A stretch of DNA of 64,000 nucleotides from Polyangiaceae bacterium (GTDB lineage Bacteria > Myxococcota_A > Polyangia > Polyangiales > Polyangiaceae). Below are positions 9,201-17,557 of the stretch, one piece after another (within the stretch, counting starts at the first letter, position 1; every line of letters begins with the position of its first letter). The stretch covers positions 128,001 to 192,000 of the forward strand of contig JBILLK010000015.1 in NCBI GenBank assembly GCA_044376115.1, read 5' to 3'. The notes under the pieces were generated by a model that was not told the DNA's origin, did not search any database, and worked only from the letters and a program-made list of their open reading frames with translations. The translations under genes and the position numbers were made by a program.

Positions 9201-11072
9201 AACGGCCGTGCTCGCATCCAAGTACAGCTCGGTACCGAGGAAACAACGTGGCAAATCGCGCTCATCGGTTTACCGAACGAGGCTGGAGCAGCGGTATCCA
9301 CGCTCGAAGTCCCGGTCAACCTGGAGCTGTCGAGCAAGGTCTTCGCCGGTGCCCGAATGACGACCGGAGACGTGGTGTCGGCACGTGTGCACCTTCGCAA
9401 TCGCACGGACAAAGATACGCTTGCTACGTTATCCGTCACGGCCGAGGGCGCGCTCGCGCTCGCGCCGAACTTCAAAGCAACGCCCACGCTGATCCCAGCA
9501 AAGGGCGCTGTGAGCGTCAGCATCCCCGTGCGCGCAGTTGGGGCTGGGGAGGGCTCACTCAACGTCGTTACCTCGGCACCTGGGCTGCCCAGCGACACCG
9601 CTCAACATACGGTTACCGTCGAGCCGGCGGGGACGGCGATGAACATCGCTCGTACCGCATGGGTCAGCGAGAATCGCGAGCTTGCTGAGTTCCTCGACAA
9701 GTCACCGTTTCAACGCGCCGGCGCCGCGACCCTCACCTTGTTCAACGGCCCCGCTTCGCAGCTCGAACGGATGGTGACGGCGCTCGAGGACACCTCCAGC
9801 TCGAGCGCGGATGAGCTCGCCGACATCGCCGATACGAGCGCTCGGCTCGAGCGCTACCTGCGCTCGCGGAGCGACGCGGAGAACCCTCTTGCCGATCGCC
9901 TGAAGATCGTGACCAAGGCTGCGCGCGCCCGCGTCTCGCAAGACCTCCGCCGCGACGACGCCCTCAGCTACAGCTTACGAGGTCGCTTGGACAACGTTGC
10001 AGCCAACGGCAAGGGCTTCTGCCCCCCCGAGAACCTACCCCTCGTCGGTGCCGCTTTGGCGACCGCGCTCGACGCCGAACCTACGCCCAAAGAAGGCGTC
10101 GTGCTGGCATGCTTCACCGAGCTTGCGGCTCGGGGCGTCAAGGAGCTCTCGAATGAAGGGAAGCCCGACGAGATCGCGCGCGGGATCGTCGCCTTGGCGA
10201 CTCGCCCTCACCGTGCCGCAGAGCTCGGCGCGCTGCGAGACACGCTGCTCGCAAAGGTGCGCCCGGCGGCGGATGGAAGGATCGATTATCCGGGTGCGAG
10301 TCGGGCAAGCCGAGCGCTCGTGCACGCGGCGATGATTCTCAGCGCAACCGAATCAACCCCCAAGCGTGAGAAGGACCGCCACTTGGCGTGGCTCTTGGTC
10401 CAGCGCGATTCCCGCGGCAGCTTCGGCTCTGCGGCGGCCACGAGAGCAGCCTTGCTCGCAATGTTGGACATAGGTGTCGAGGATGAACTCGCGAGCGCCA
10501 CGGTCGAAGTCGACTTTGGTGAAGCTGGAACCAAGAGCGTGCTGGTGAAGCCCGGACAGAGCATCTCGCTCTTGATTCCGGATACCGCTGATGCGCTGAC
10601 CGTCTCCACCGACCAACCCATCCTCACCGAGGTGAGCCGAAACTATCTGAGGCCGTTCTCCGTGGCCCCGTCGGACGCTGACGGCAACGTGCGCATGAGC
10701 GTGCGGTTCCCGAGTGCGCCGATGTGTCCACCCGAGAAGCCCTGCGCGAAAACCCTGACCCAAGGGGACGTCGGGAATCTGGTCGTGACCTTGCTCGTCA
10801 AGGAGGCGATCGCAGCGCAAACCCGGGTGCATGCAACCATCCCGCTACCTCCAGGGGTCGTGCTCGCGGAGCCCCAGGAAGGTATTCGGCAGGTCCAAGG
10901 CAGCCTGCACATCGACCGCTCGGTTGGAGCAACGGAGCAGGTGCTGGCGATCCCACTGCGCTTCAATCTCGCCGGTACATTCGTCGCGCGAGAGGCTGAA
11001 GTCAGGGCGCTGGACGAGCAGCAGTCCCCGTCGATTACCCGCTCGCGCACAATCGTCGTGTCCGAACGCTAA
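6294..11072 (+). CDS. Alpha-2-macroglobulin-like (MG-domain) secreted protein, atypical
   Basis: 1592 aa with signal peptide, beta-rich MG-like repeats, VQTDENGRARIQVQL..TTWQI, MTTGDVVSARVHLRN, WLLVQRDSRGSFGSAAATRAAL; no CxEQ thioester seen. Confidence 0.75.
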   Translation: MTLRALPLRLGLLTTMLGGVVVLPPSANAQKSAPAANEPTSSTARGLDLWVHADREAPGGENLSLSIVALGFPTATTVVPLQNALVEATWDPESLSSKDDERPASVPAPVRANSASDGGVTLVLPVPPGPPRELKLLLRVQANGRDRTVEYSIQRTARSDIDLFVSDSAVVPGSEVMAWAIFSGKDGKRPNTDVEFVLSQGEVVRERVETKTDLSGTASAKLRIPRDSGPAPSFVLEARTRDSATRTGKSTTLTTREELPGQPTFRATFDETWAVAGDKARYRVRVRDATGEPIRGQSVLIWNGPRGTEPPVADLDFEKVAEKQVTDVNGEVTATVNTPSTVPLRGSQHRLEVRTELEGRALQSSAEIEIGQQRGFVRMTPENDELIPGLRQRVVLEMSRDGGKPIVGTFVAKGDNLSATFTTNSHGEAELEWDVPVGAGAFRKVGPCPNQVAAQLTLKAVQPESGTSEAFGGALVGADGMSLCIPVQREAKFLVRPAKLVVQAGESLPLSVIGAPGKFVSVLCESINEGTSTASQLRLDQGTQVVTIPENAQGPMDLLVAAPQLTGSTLTSRTRILVLPKRLPTLNGTIASGKAAPGSFVTIDAVLKDSKGLPLVGTVAAVVVDKHGGANLDPLLELDTKGALCSTFGVEPSRCDAVLSGGAEHDPLRRARLRPTGDGTPLADPAGTAGPKFDSTFQQVVRSLEGAVFESSMAVETLPDVYRKEKGRFVFNPELMTLVTDAIDQKPLTPGGETVTLADLIAKDSQINFDNVARRVTRLKMFNVLDAMRSERTFLNPDEPILDEPNALLRKIVRRGSLLEGNLLDPWGGTLTFHKTNEEYVPFISFKRGFSLSSPGPDGKLGTPDDVSSPFARVLKSGTPYARASHEDELVDSRFDMLVADETVSNWKDTLNRATGTALGGGFAAEHGSGTGTGSGFGNGSGRLAGSHRVRRGGTSGITFMSEPVQTDENGRARIQVQLGTEETTWQIALIGLPNEAGAAVSTLEVPVNLELSSKVFAGARMTTGDVVSARVHLRNRTDKDTLATLSVTAEGALALAPNFKATPTLIPAKGAVSVSIPVRAVGAGEGSLNVVTSAPGLPSDTAQHTVTVEPAGTAMNIARTAWVSENRELAEFLDKSPFQRAGAATLTLFNGPASQLERMVTALEDTSSSSADELADIADTSARLERYLRSRSDAENPLADRLKIVTKAARARVSQDLRRDDALSYSLRGRLDNVAANGKGFCPPENLPLVGAALATALDAEPTPKEGVVLACFTELAARGVKELSNEGKPDEIARGIVALATRPHRAAELGALRDTLLAKVRPAADGRIDYPGASRASRALVHAAMILSATESTPKREKDRHLAWLLVQRDSRGSFGSAAATRAALLAMLDIGVEDELASATVEVDFGEAGTKSVLVKPGQSISLLIPDTADALTVSTDQPILTEVSRNYLRPFSVAPSDADGNVRMSVRFPSAPMCPPEKPCAKTLTQGDVGNLVVTLLVKEAIAAQTRVHATIPLPPGVVLAEPQEGIRQVQGSLHIDRSVGATEQVLAIPLRFNLAGTFVAREAEVRALDEQQSPSITRSRTIVVSER

Positions 11073-11155
11073 CTTCGGCGGCTTCGAGACTTTTCGCCCA
11101 GGCCAGAGGCGCCTTGTTGCACGGCGAAGCGCGAGGCGATTATAGTGGCACTGGA

Positions 11156-11803
11156 ATGACCGCTCCGGCCATTCTCAACCTCGAAGGAGCCACCGTGGCC
11201 ATCTCGACCCCGCCGATTCGCATCCTGGTCTGTGACGATGACAAAGCGATATGCGACTACGTCGAAACGCTCCTGACGCGGGATGGGCACGACGTAAAAA
11301 CGCTAAGCGACCCTCTGCTCGTCGAAGACGAGATCAAAAATGGCCACTACCAGATGCTCATTCTCGACCGGATGATGCCCAAGATGGACGGCATTGAAGT
11401 GCTGCGTCGCGTCCGCAAAGCGGACAACGACATTTCGGTGATCATGTTCACCGGCTTTCCCAGCCTCGATTCGGCAGTAGCGGCGATGAAACTGCAGGCC
11501 GACGACTACCTAAAGAAACCGTTCAACGCGGAAGAACTTCGCGAAGTCATCGACCGCATCGCCAAGAAGAAGGGCATCGTTCGCTCACCGGAGGAACAGC
11601 TCCACAACGTCATCGGCGACACGATCCGTCGGCTTCGCAAGGAGAAGGACCTGACCCTCAAGCAGATGGCCCATCGCACAGGCCTCTCCGTCTCCCTACT
11701 GAGTCAGATTGAACGCGCGGAATCCAGCGCGTCGATCCCGTCGCTCTACAAGATCGCGACTGCGCTCGGAGCCAAAGTCCAAGATCTCTTCGGCGGCTAC
11801 TGA
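11156..11803 (+). CDS. Response regulator with C-terminal XRE-type HTH (DigR-like)
   Basis: Receiver (ILVCDDD, LILDRMMPKMDG, YLKKPF) plus IRRLRKEKDLTLKQMA...LLSQIERAESSASI HTH. Confidence 0.85.
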   Translation: MTAPAILNLEGATVAISTPPIRILVCDDDKAICDYVETLLTRDGHDVKTLSDPLLVEDEIKNGHYQMLILDRMMPKMDGIEVLRRVRKADNDISVIMFTGFPSLDSAVAAMKLQADDYLKKPFNAEELREVIDRIAKKKGIVRSPEEQLHNVIGDTIRRLRKEKDLTLKQMAHRTGLSVSLLSQIERAESSASIPSLYKIATALGAKVQDLFGGY

Positions 11804-12261
11804 GCCTTCGGCGCGAGGCTGGGCAAGCGACCCGCAACGAGCAGCTCGAGCTTCTCGAAGTCGAAGCGCCCAGGCCGAACACCATCCGGCATGACGTGCA
11901 GTTCGAGCGCAGCGATCCCCGCTCGTTCACACACGGGCGCGGCCAAGTCGAGAGCCTTGGCCAGCAGCTTCAGCGCCTCATGCTCCTCGAGCGAAACGAT
12001 CCCGTCGAGCCGAGCCAACCAACAGCCGATGGCGTAGGTAACGACGCGCTGCCACTCGTTCATCTCCCCAGGAGCAAAGGCTCGCAGGTCCGTCTTCGAG
12101 TCGAGCGCAGCTTTGACCCGATCAAGCTCGGCTGGCTCGAGGGTACTTGCAGCCTTGAGCAAACCTTCCCGCTCGCTTGCTCGAAGGTCCCCATCGGCCC
12201 AGGCCAGGGCAGCCAGTGCAACGAACGCGTCTGCTGAGAGTTTTGTCGCCATCTTCGCCAC
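11797..12261 (-). CDS. TerB-like protein
   Basis: Two ADG/LDG-x(3-4)-E helical hairpin motifs (AWADGDLRASERE; RLDGIVSLEEHE). Confidence 0.65.
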   Translation of the reverse strand: MAKMATKLSADAFVALAALAWADGDLRASEREGLLKAASTLEPAELDRVKAALDSKTDLRAFAPGEMNEWQRVVTYAIGCWLARLDGIVSLEEHEALKLLAKALDLAAPVCERAGIAALELHVMPDGVRPGRFDFEKLELLVAGRLPSLAPKAQ

Positions 12262-12263
12262 CT

Positions 12264-14336
12264 TTACTTCAAATGCTCTTGAAAGAATCGAATCGTGTGG
12301 CCCATGCCAAGAACTTGATTGGGCCGCTTCTGGAAACCGTGCCCTTCGTCTGGGAAGATGATGAGCTCGGTCGGGATGCCCTTCTTGTAGAGGGCCTCGT
12401 AAAACTGCAACGCCTCACCAACGGGGACGCGAGGATCGGTGGCGCCCTGAAGGAGCATCAGCGGGGCCTTGACCTTATCCACGTGACTCGTCGGTGAGAG
12501 GCGCTCGAGCACCGCTCGGTCTTTCTCTGGGTCCCCATACTCGCTGATGCGCAAGATGCGCCGGTAGGGGGCCGTATTCTCGAGGAAGGTAAGCAGATTA
12601 CTGATTCCAACCACCGAGACGCCAACGTCATAGGCGCCGGCAAACAGGGACATCGCGATGAGCGTGGAGTACCCACCGTAGCTCCCGCCGTAGACTCCGA
12701 GTTTTGGTGAGACCCCAGCAACCTTCCAATTGGTTCGAATGAAGTTCGAGGCGTCCTCTATATCGGTTAGGACGGCTTCACGTTTGGCTCCGTCGTCAGC
12801 GTGAATCCAGCTCTTACCGTATCCATCACTGCCACGAACGTTGGGCTCGGCATAGATGAAGCCCGCATCGACGAAGAGCTGCGCGCGCGTCGAGAACCCA
12901 GCAACGGCCTGGGCCTCCGGCCCACCGTGAAAACTGACAATCACCGGACAGGCTTTGCCGAAGACGGCGCCCGCTGGGGCGCACCCGTTGGGGCGACGGA
13001 CGAACATTGGAATCTTAGTGCCATCTCGAGCAGGGAACGACTCCAGGGTCGACCGTACGACACCCTTCATGTCGATCTCGGGGGTGGCAGGCTTATGCCA
13101 CTTGGTTAGCTTATTGCCCTCCCAGCTATACAAGTAGCTCTGCGGGGGAGCATCCCCAGTATCCACTACGAGAGCGGTCACGGCTGCATCAGGACTAGAG
13201 GCACCAAAGGTGACGTGGTCACCGGTAGGTACATTGACTAGCTTGATTGGCTTTTTACTCTTGGCCTCGAGTGCGAACGACCTCGTGTAGCCGCCTTCGT
13301 TCGTCGTGTAGAGAATGCGCTTCTTTTGGCGGTCCGTGCGAAAGCCTGCGACGTCATGCGTAAGCTCGGGGGTGACGGGCTTGAGCTTACCGCCCTCTAA
13401 CGCATAAAGCCGGCGGTACTCTCCTAGCTTTGGCGTGAGTACGAGGACCTCCTGGCCGGCACCGTAGCTTGCAACGTAGTCCTCCCGTTCGTTTTGGCCG
13501 ATCAGGGGCTTCAGCTGGGGCGCCCCGAGATCATACTCATATATCTCAGCCATGTTGGAGCCTATGCTCCGCTCGAGCAATAGGATGTCCGCTTTGCCTT
13601 TCCCGCCGGACCGCACATCCGCCACCGACCATATACCTGTCTCGCCAAAGACCTTGGTCGACTTGCCGGTACCAAGCTCATAACGATAAATCGCATAGGA
13701 GTCGGCCGTTACGTCATTGGCGCGGTAATACAGATAGGAGCTATCGGAAGAAACGTACTGCAACTGAGTCTGCACCTTGGACTTGTGCTGAATCTCTTTG
13801 AGCGGTCCTCCGTCCGGCGAGAGCAGGTACAGGCCGGGGTTCTCCTCGCCATTTCGATCACGCGAGACAACGAGCCACTTGCCGTCAGGCGTCACGGCGA
13901 CCAGCTGCGTGGGGTCTTCCCCGCCGGTAAGCTGGGTCGGGAAACCCATAGGGCCGTCCAACCGAAAGATCTGCGGGGTACCCGTTATGCTCCAGGCAAA
14001 GTAGAGCTTCTTCCCGTCAGGCGAGGGGGTTCCCGCCGCGGGGCTGCGCAGATCCAACATGGCTTGAATGCGCCGACTGACCTCTGGAGCAAGCGGCGAG
14101 GCGGCGTAGAGCCGCAAGACCTCCGGCGGGATACTCTCAACGCCAAGCCCCTGGTAGGCGCCAGGAGCGGTGGCAGCGGGGGGTTGCTGGGGCGGCACTG
14201 GGGGCCTCGGCGGAACGACCATGCCATCGCCCGACGGCGGGAAGTAGAATTGGCGCTGAGGCAGTGGCTTGGGCGTGCAGGCGCCCATAGCCATGATCAG
14301 AATTGTGGCCCCCAAGGTCTTTTTGCCCACCAACAT
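12264..14336 (-). CDS. S9 family serine peptidase (acylaminoacyl peptidase-like) lipoprotein
   Basis: Lipobox MGAC; beta-propeller N-terminus; HGGPE, NVRGSDGYG, GGSYGG nucleophile, DPRVP, DEGHG. Confidence 0.92.
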   Translation of the reverse strand: MLVGKKTLGATILIMAMGACTPKPLPQRQFYFPPSGDGMVVPPRPPVPPQQPPAATAPGAYQGLGVESIPPEVLRLYAASPLAPEVSRRIQAMLDLRSPAAGTPSPDGKKLYFAWSITGTPQIFRLDGPMGFPTQLTGGEDPTQLVAVTPDGKWLVVSRDRNGEENPGLYLLSPDGGPLKEIQHKSKVQTQLQYVSSDSSYLYYRANDVTADSYAIYRYELGTGKSTKVFGETGIWSVADVRSGGKGKADILLLERSIGSNMAEIYEYDLGAPQLKPLIGQNEREDYVASYGAGQEVLVLTPKLGEYRRLYALEGGKLKPVTPELTHDVAGFRTDRQKKRILYTTNEGGYTRSFALEAKSKKPIKLVNVPTGDHVTFGASSPDAAVTALVVDTGDAPPQSYLYSWEGNKLTKWHKPATPEIDMKGVVRSTLESFPARDGTKIPMFVRRPNGCAPAGAVFGKACPVIVSFHGGPEAQAVAGFSTRAQLFVDAGFIYAEPNVRGSDGYGKSWIHADDGAKREAVLTDIEDASNFIRTNWKVAGVSPKLGVYGGSYGGYSTLIAMSLFAGAYDVGVSVVGISNLLTFLENTAPYRRILRISEYGDPEKDRAVLERLSPTSHVDKVKAPLMLLQGATDPRVPVGEALQFYEALYKKGIPTELIIFPDEGHGFQKRPNQVLGMGHTIRFFQEHLK

Positions 14337-14424
14337 GGCGGCCCTATAAACTGGTGGCCACGGCGCGGCATCAGAATTTCCGTGAGCGCAGCAGAGCCCA
14401 GTCTTCGTCTACGCTAGCCGAACG

Positions 14425-14715
14425 ATGGATCATCAAGCGAAGTTCAAGGGCCTATTGGCTCGCATTTTCTCGAACGCCGAGGTGGACGAAGCCGAACGCC
14501 GAGAGCTTCGAGACTTCATTGCCCTCGGGTTGCTGACCGCGGCGGAACGCGAAGTTGTCGTGCAGTCCTTCACCGCTACGACTTGGAAGTCAGCGAACGC
14601 AGACGGAGTGCTGAGCGAGGTGGAGAAAAAGCGACTGCGCAGCATCGCCGAGGAGCTCAAACTTGCACCACAGGACCTGCCACCAGCTTGGGCCGCGCTC
14701 CTGACGGCCCCGTGA
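14425..14715 (+). CDS. Small TerB-like protein
   Basis: NAEVDEAERREL and ANADGVLSEVEKKRL repeats; stop overlaps next GTG. Confidence 0.6.
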   Translation: MDHQAKFKGLLARIFSNAEVDEAERRELRDFIALGLLTAAEREVVVQSFTATTWKSANADGVLSEVEKKRLRSIAEELKLAPQDLPPAWAALLTAP

Positions 14716-15677
14716 CGGACAGCCCCGTGAGCGACTCCCCTCAACGCCCTGTCGTACTAGCACTCTGGCTTGCTCTCCTCGGTTGTAATGCTGGCGTTCA
14801 ATCGCCGAGCGCCGAGACCTGCCCTGCACAGCTTGGGACTAATCTTGCTGCGTTGGAGTCGATCACCGTGATCGGCGAAGAGGTCTACTGGGTAGACCAG
14901 ACGTCAACGATGTTTCGGGTTCCGCGTTGTGGCGGCACACCGCAAAGAGCGACAAAACCAGGCGTTGCCACGCTCTCAAACTTCGCTGGAGGCGACAACA
15001 TCGTGCTGGAAAGCGAGTCCACGCGTACGTTGTTTCGGCCTGCCGCGAGCGCCGAAGGAGTGCAGCTCGATGATGGCCCTGAGAACCGGGTATTGATGAC
15101 CGCCAATGAGACTATGTTGGCGTGGACCACCCCCAACAAGCCAAGCCTAACCCCCGTTTTTGCTCGCACTCGCAGAGTCGGTGACATCTGGCGGGTGGCA
15201 GAAGCGGAGAACATTAACGCGATCGCGATGGACGATAAGGACATCTACATTGCTACCCAAGAGAGCGTAGGCCGCACGTCGCTAACAGCGGGGCCGCTGA
15301 CTGAATTAGTTGCGCGACCAGGTGGTGTGAGCGCCTTGGCGTTGACGGATATGCACGTCTTGATCAGCTACCGAACCAAGGGAATCAGGGGAGGCGGGAC
15401 GATCGCCAAGCTACCCAAGGCTGGCGGCCTACTGCTCACCCTCGCTGCCGAGTCGCACGAGATCGTAGCCTCCACCGTTCTTGACTCACATGTGTACTAC
15501 GTAACCCGCTCCGAGTTTGGAGCTGGGCACGTACGTCGAGTGGGCACACAGGGCGGAGTAATCGAGACACTCGCAGAGACGAAGAACGCTTGCAGCATCG
15601 CTGTGGATGCAACGGCTGTCTACGTTGGTACCTGCGAGGCAGGGCGCGGCAGCCTCAACCGCATCGCGCTCCACTAG
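14712..15677 (+). CDS. Beta-propeller lipoprotein (YWTD/DUF5050-like)
   Basis: Lipobox ALLGC; repeated IAxDxxxVY blades (EVYWVD, IAMDDKDIYI, IAVDATAVYV). Confidence 0.65.
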   Translation: MTDSPVSDSPQRPVVLALWLALLGCNAGVQSPSAETCPAQLGTNLAALESITVIGEEVYWVDQTSTMFRVPRCGGTPQRATKPGVATLSNFAGGDNIVLESESTRTLFRPAASAEGVQLDDGPENRVLMTANETMLAWTTPNKPSLTPVFARTRRVGDIWRVAEAENINAIAMDDKDIYIATQESVGRTSLTAGPLTELVARPGGVSALALTDMHVLISYRTKGIRGGGTIAKLPKAGGLLLTLAAESHEIVASTVLDSHVYYVTRSEFGAGHVRRVGTQGGVIETLAETKNACSIAVDATAVYVGTCEAGRGSLNRIALH

Positions 15678-15681
15678 CGCA

Positions 15682-16221
15682 CTAGGGCGTAGCCGCCTCA
15701 CATAGCGCCTTTGACGGCACGTCGGACGAGTAGAAGCCACCCTTCTTGGTGGTCCGGCTCACGAAACCAAAGATCGCCTTGAACGGGACGCGAACGTCAT
15801 AAGGCTTCCCCTCGAAGGAAAAGGTGCCTTGAAAGCCCGTGTCGTGAAACTGCAGGTTCTTGATCGGCCGCGGCAGATCATGGCCCACGTCGAGAATCAC
15901 GTAGTCCGACGTCCGTAGATAATCCGGCACGGCCACACCAACCGCAGCCGGATCGAGGTAGACGGCGATTGCTTCTTCCTCGAGCAGCTCGAGCATACCT
16001 GCCTTCTTGGCGGGCATCTTGCGCGCGGCGGGCTGGATACAGGGGACCTCGGGCGCCACGGGAGCACTGGCGACGGCCGATGCCTGGGCGCTGGTGCTCT
16101 GGACCGGCGTGGTCGGGCCCTCGCGCATCCCACCGTCGCTCCGACCTGTTCGCGGAGCGCCCTCGGCGTGCGAACAGGCAACCAGGAAGAACGACAGAAC
16201 AAAGACTGAGCGCGGCGTCAC
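15682..16221 (-). CDS. Lipoprotein with SspB (ClpXP adaptor)-like domain
   Basis: Lipobox FLVAC after GTG 16221; C-terminal VYLDP..GVAVP..LPRPIKNLQFHDTGFQGTFSFEGKPYDVRVPFKAIFG resembles SspB. Confidence 0.65.
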   Translation of the reverse strand: MTPRSVFVLSFFLVACSHAEGAPRTGRSDGGMREGPTTPVQSTSAQASAVASAPVAPEVPCIQPAARKMPAKKAGMLELLEEEAIAVYLDPAAVGVAVPDYLRTSDYVILDVGHDLPRPIKNLQFHDTGFQGTFSFEGKPYDVRVPFKAIFGFVSRTTKKGGFYSSDVPSKALCEAATP

Positions 16222-16264
16222 GCGGGGCTTATACCAGCGCCCAGTCGAATCAGCGAGCGGTGGC

Positions 16265-16618
16265 TCAAGACTTTGCCAAAGCAAGCTTTAGGCGCGCCTC
16301 AATCACCTCTTCCGACACTCCCAGTTCTTCCCCAACCGCGCCGATAAGGATGCGTTCAGCGGGATGCACGACGCCGTCCGCAACAGCTGCATCAATCAAC
16401 AGCGACAGCGTCTCAGTACGATCAGTAGCCTCAAGCTCGCGAAGCCTTGCGATCGCGGCGTCTGCGTCCTCCACCCGGTTGACCTTGGTGTCGCTCGAAA
16501 GGCCGAAGCGCGTCAGGAGTCTCGAGAAGAACTTGGCCTCCTCCGAGTGAAACTCGCCATCGGCAAAGAGAAGGCCAGCAATGATCTCACATACCTTCCG
16601 ACTTGTTTCTGTGTCCAT
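16265..16618 (-). CDS. TerB family protein
   Basis: LFADGEFHSEE and AVADGVVHPAER motifs. Confidence 0.75.
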   Translation of the reverse strand: MDTETSRKVCEIIAGLLFADGEFHSEEAKFFSRLLTRFGLSSDTKVNRVEDADAAIARLRELEATDRTETLSLLIDAAVADGVVHPAERILIGAVGEELGVSEEVIEARLKLALAKS

Positions 16619-16732
16619 GGGGCAACTTTAGCCGCAGCGAGCTTTTCGGGGGGACTCTTCTGCGGAGCTATCCACGAGTCGCAACGCGCGATTGCCAGTG
16701 CCCTTCGCTTGCAAGTTTGACAACATGCGGGG

Positions 16733-17482
16733 ATGTCTGAGGACTTTTTTGCCGGTGTTGAGCAGGAGAACGTGAGCACAAGCGCGGGGGAATGCGCACT
16801 CCCAATCCTCTACCGCGACGGCGGGGTGGTTGGGCTGATGTATCGGCTACCGCCAGAGAAGGTAGCTCCCCTGATACCCGATCAGGCTGAGTTTGAGCCC
16901 TTTACCCTGATGGGCAAAGCTATCGTGCAGCTGGTGGTCTTCGAGTATCGCGATACATCGATTGGCCCCTATAACGAGGTAGCGCTGGCCGTTGAGGTAA
17001 AGCGGAAGGGCACTTCACCGTCAACTTGGGGCGCCCTCGTCAACGCGCGAACCCAGCCGAACTACGGCAGCACCTTTCTCAACTTACCCGTAACAACCGC
17101 CAACGCGTGCGCCGCTGGCAAGGAGATCTGGGGGTATCCCAAATACGTAGTTGGGATCTCCACCGAATTCACGGAGGCGCAGATCAAGGCGGAACAGCAG
17201 GGCGAGTTCCGGTTGACGGTTGGGCCTGCTGGCTGGCTCGAGACGAAAGGTATTCCGTTCGTCTTGATGTCAACGAAGGGCGGCAAAGTTCTGCGCACCG
17301 TCGTTGAGACCGGTCACCCGCTAAAATGGGGAGGGGCCGGCCAAGTATCCCTGGAGATACTCGGGCCCGGCCACACCAGCGATAACCTAGTAAAGCTTGG
17401 CCTGGCGGAGATGAAGCCCTCGTTCGTTTGGCGCTCCTACGCCATGCGCTCGATCCTTCCGCAAGGAATAGAGCAGCCGTAG
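16733..17482 (+). CDS. Acetoacetate decarboxylase-like family protein
   Basis: FEYRDTSIGPYNEVA, LPVTT..A..AGKEIWGYPK (Schiff-base Lys motif). Confidence 0.8.
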   Translation: MSEDFFAGVEQENVSTSAGECALPILYRDGGVVGLMYRLPPEKVAPLIPDQAEFEPFTLMGKAIVQLVVFEYRDTSIGPYNEVALAVEVKRKGTSPSTWGALVNARTQPNYGSTFLNLPVTTANACAAGKEIWGYPKYVVGISTEFTEAQIKAEQQGEFRLTVGPAGWLETKGIPFVLMSTKGGKVLRTVVETGHPLKWGGAGQVSLEILGPGHTSDNLVKLGLAEMKPSFVWRSYAMRSILPQGIEQP

Positions 17483-17500
17483 CTACAGCTACCAGGGCAC

Positions 17501-17542
17501 AAAAGCAACGAGGGGTGCTCATCCGCAGATAGCACCCCTCGT
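17501..17542 (-). terminator. Intrinsic terminator between convergent genes
   Basis: 12-bp stem ACGAGGGGTGCT / AGCACCCCTCGT, with an A-run on the left (U-tract on minus strand). Confidence 0.7.
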
Positions 17543-17557
17543 CTCCCTAGTTGAACG

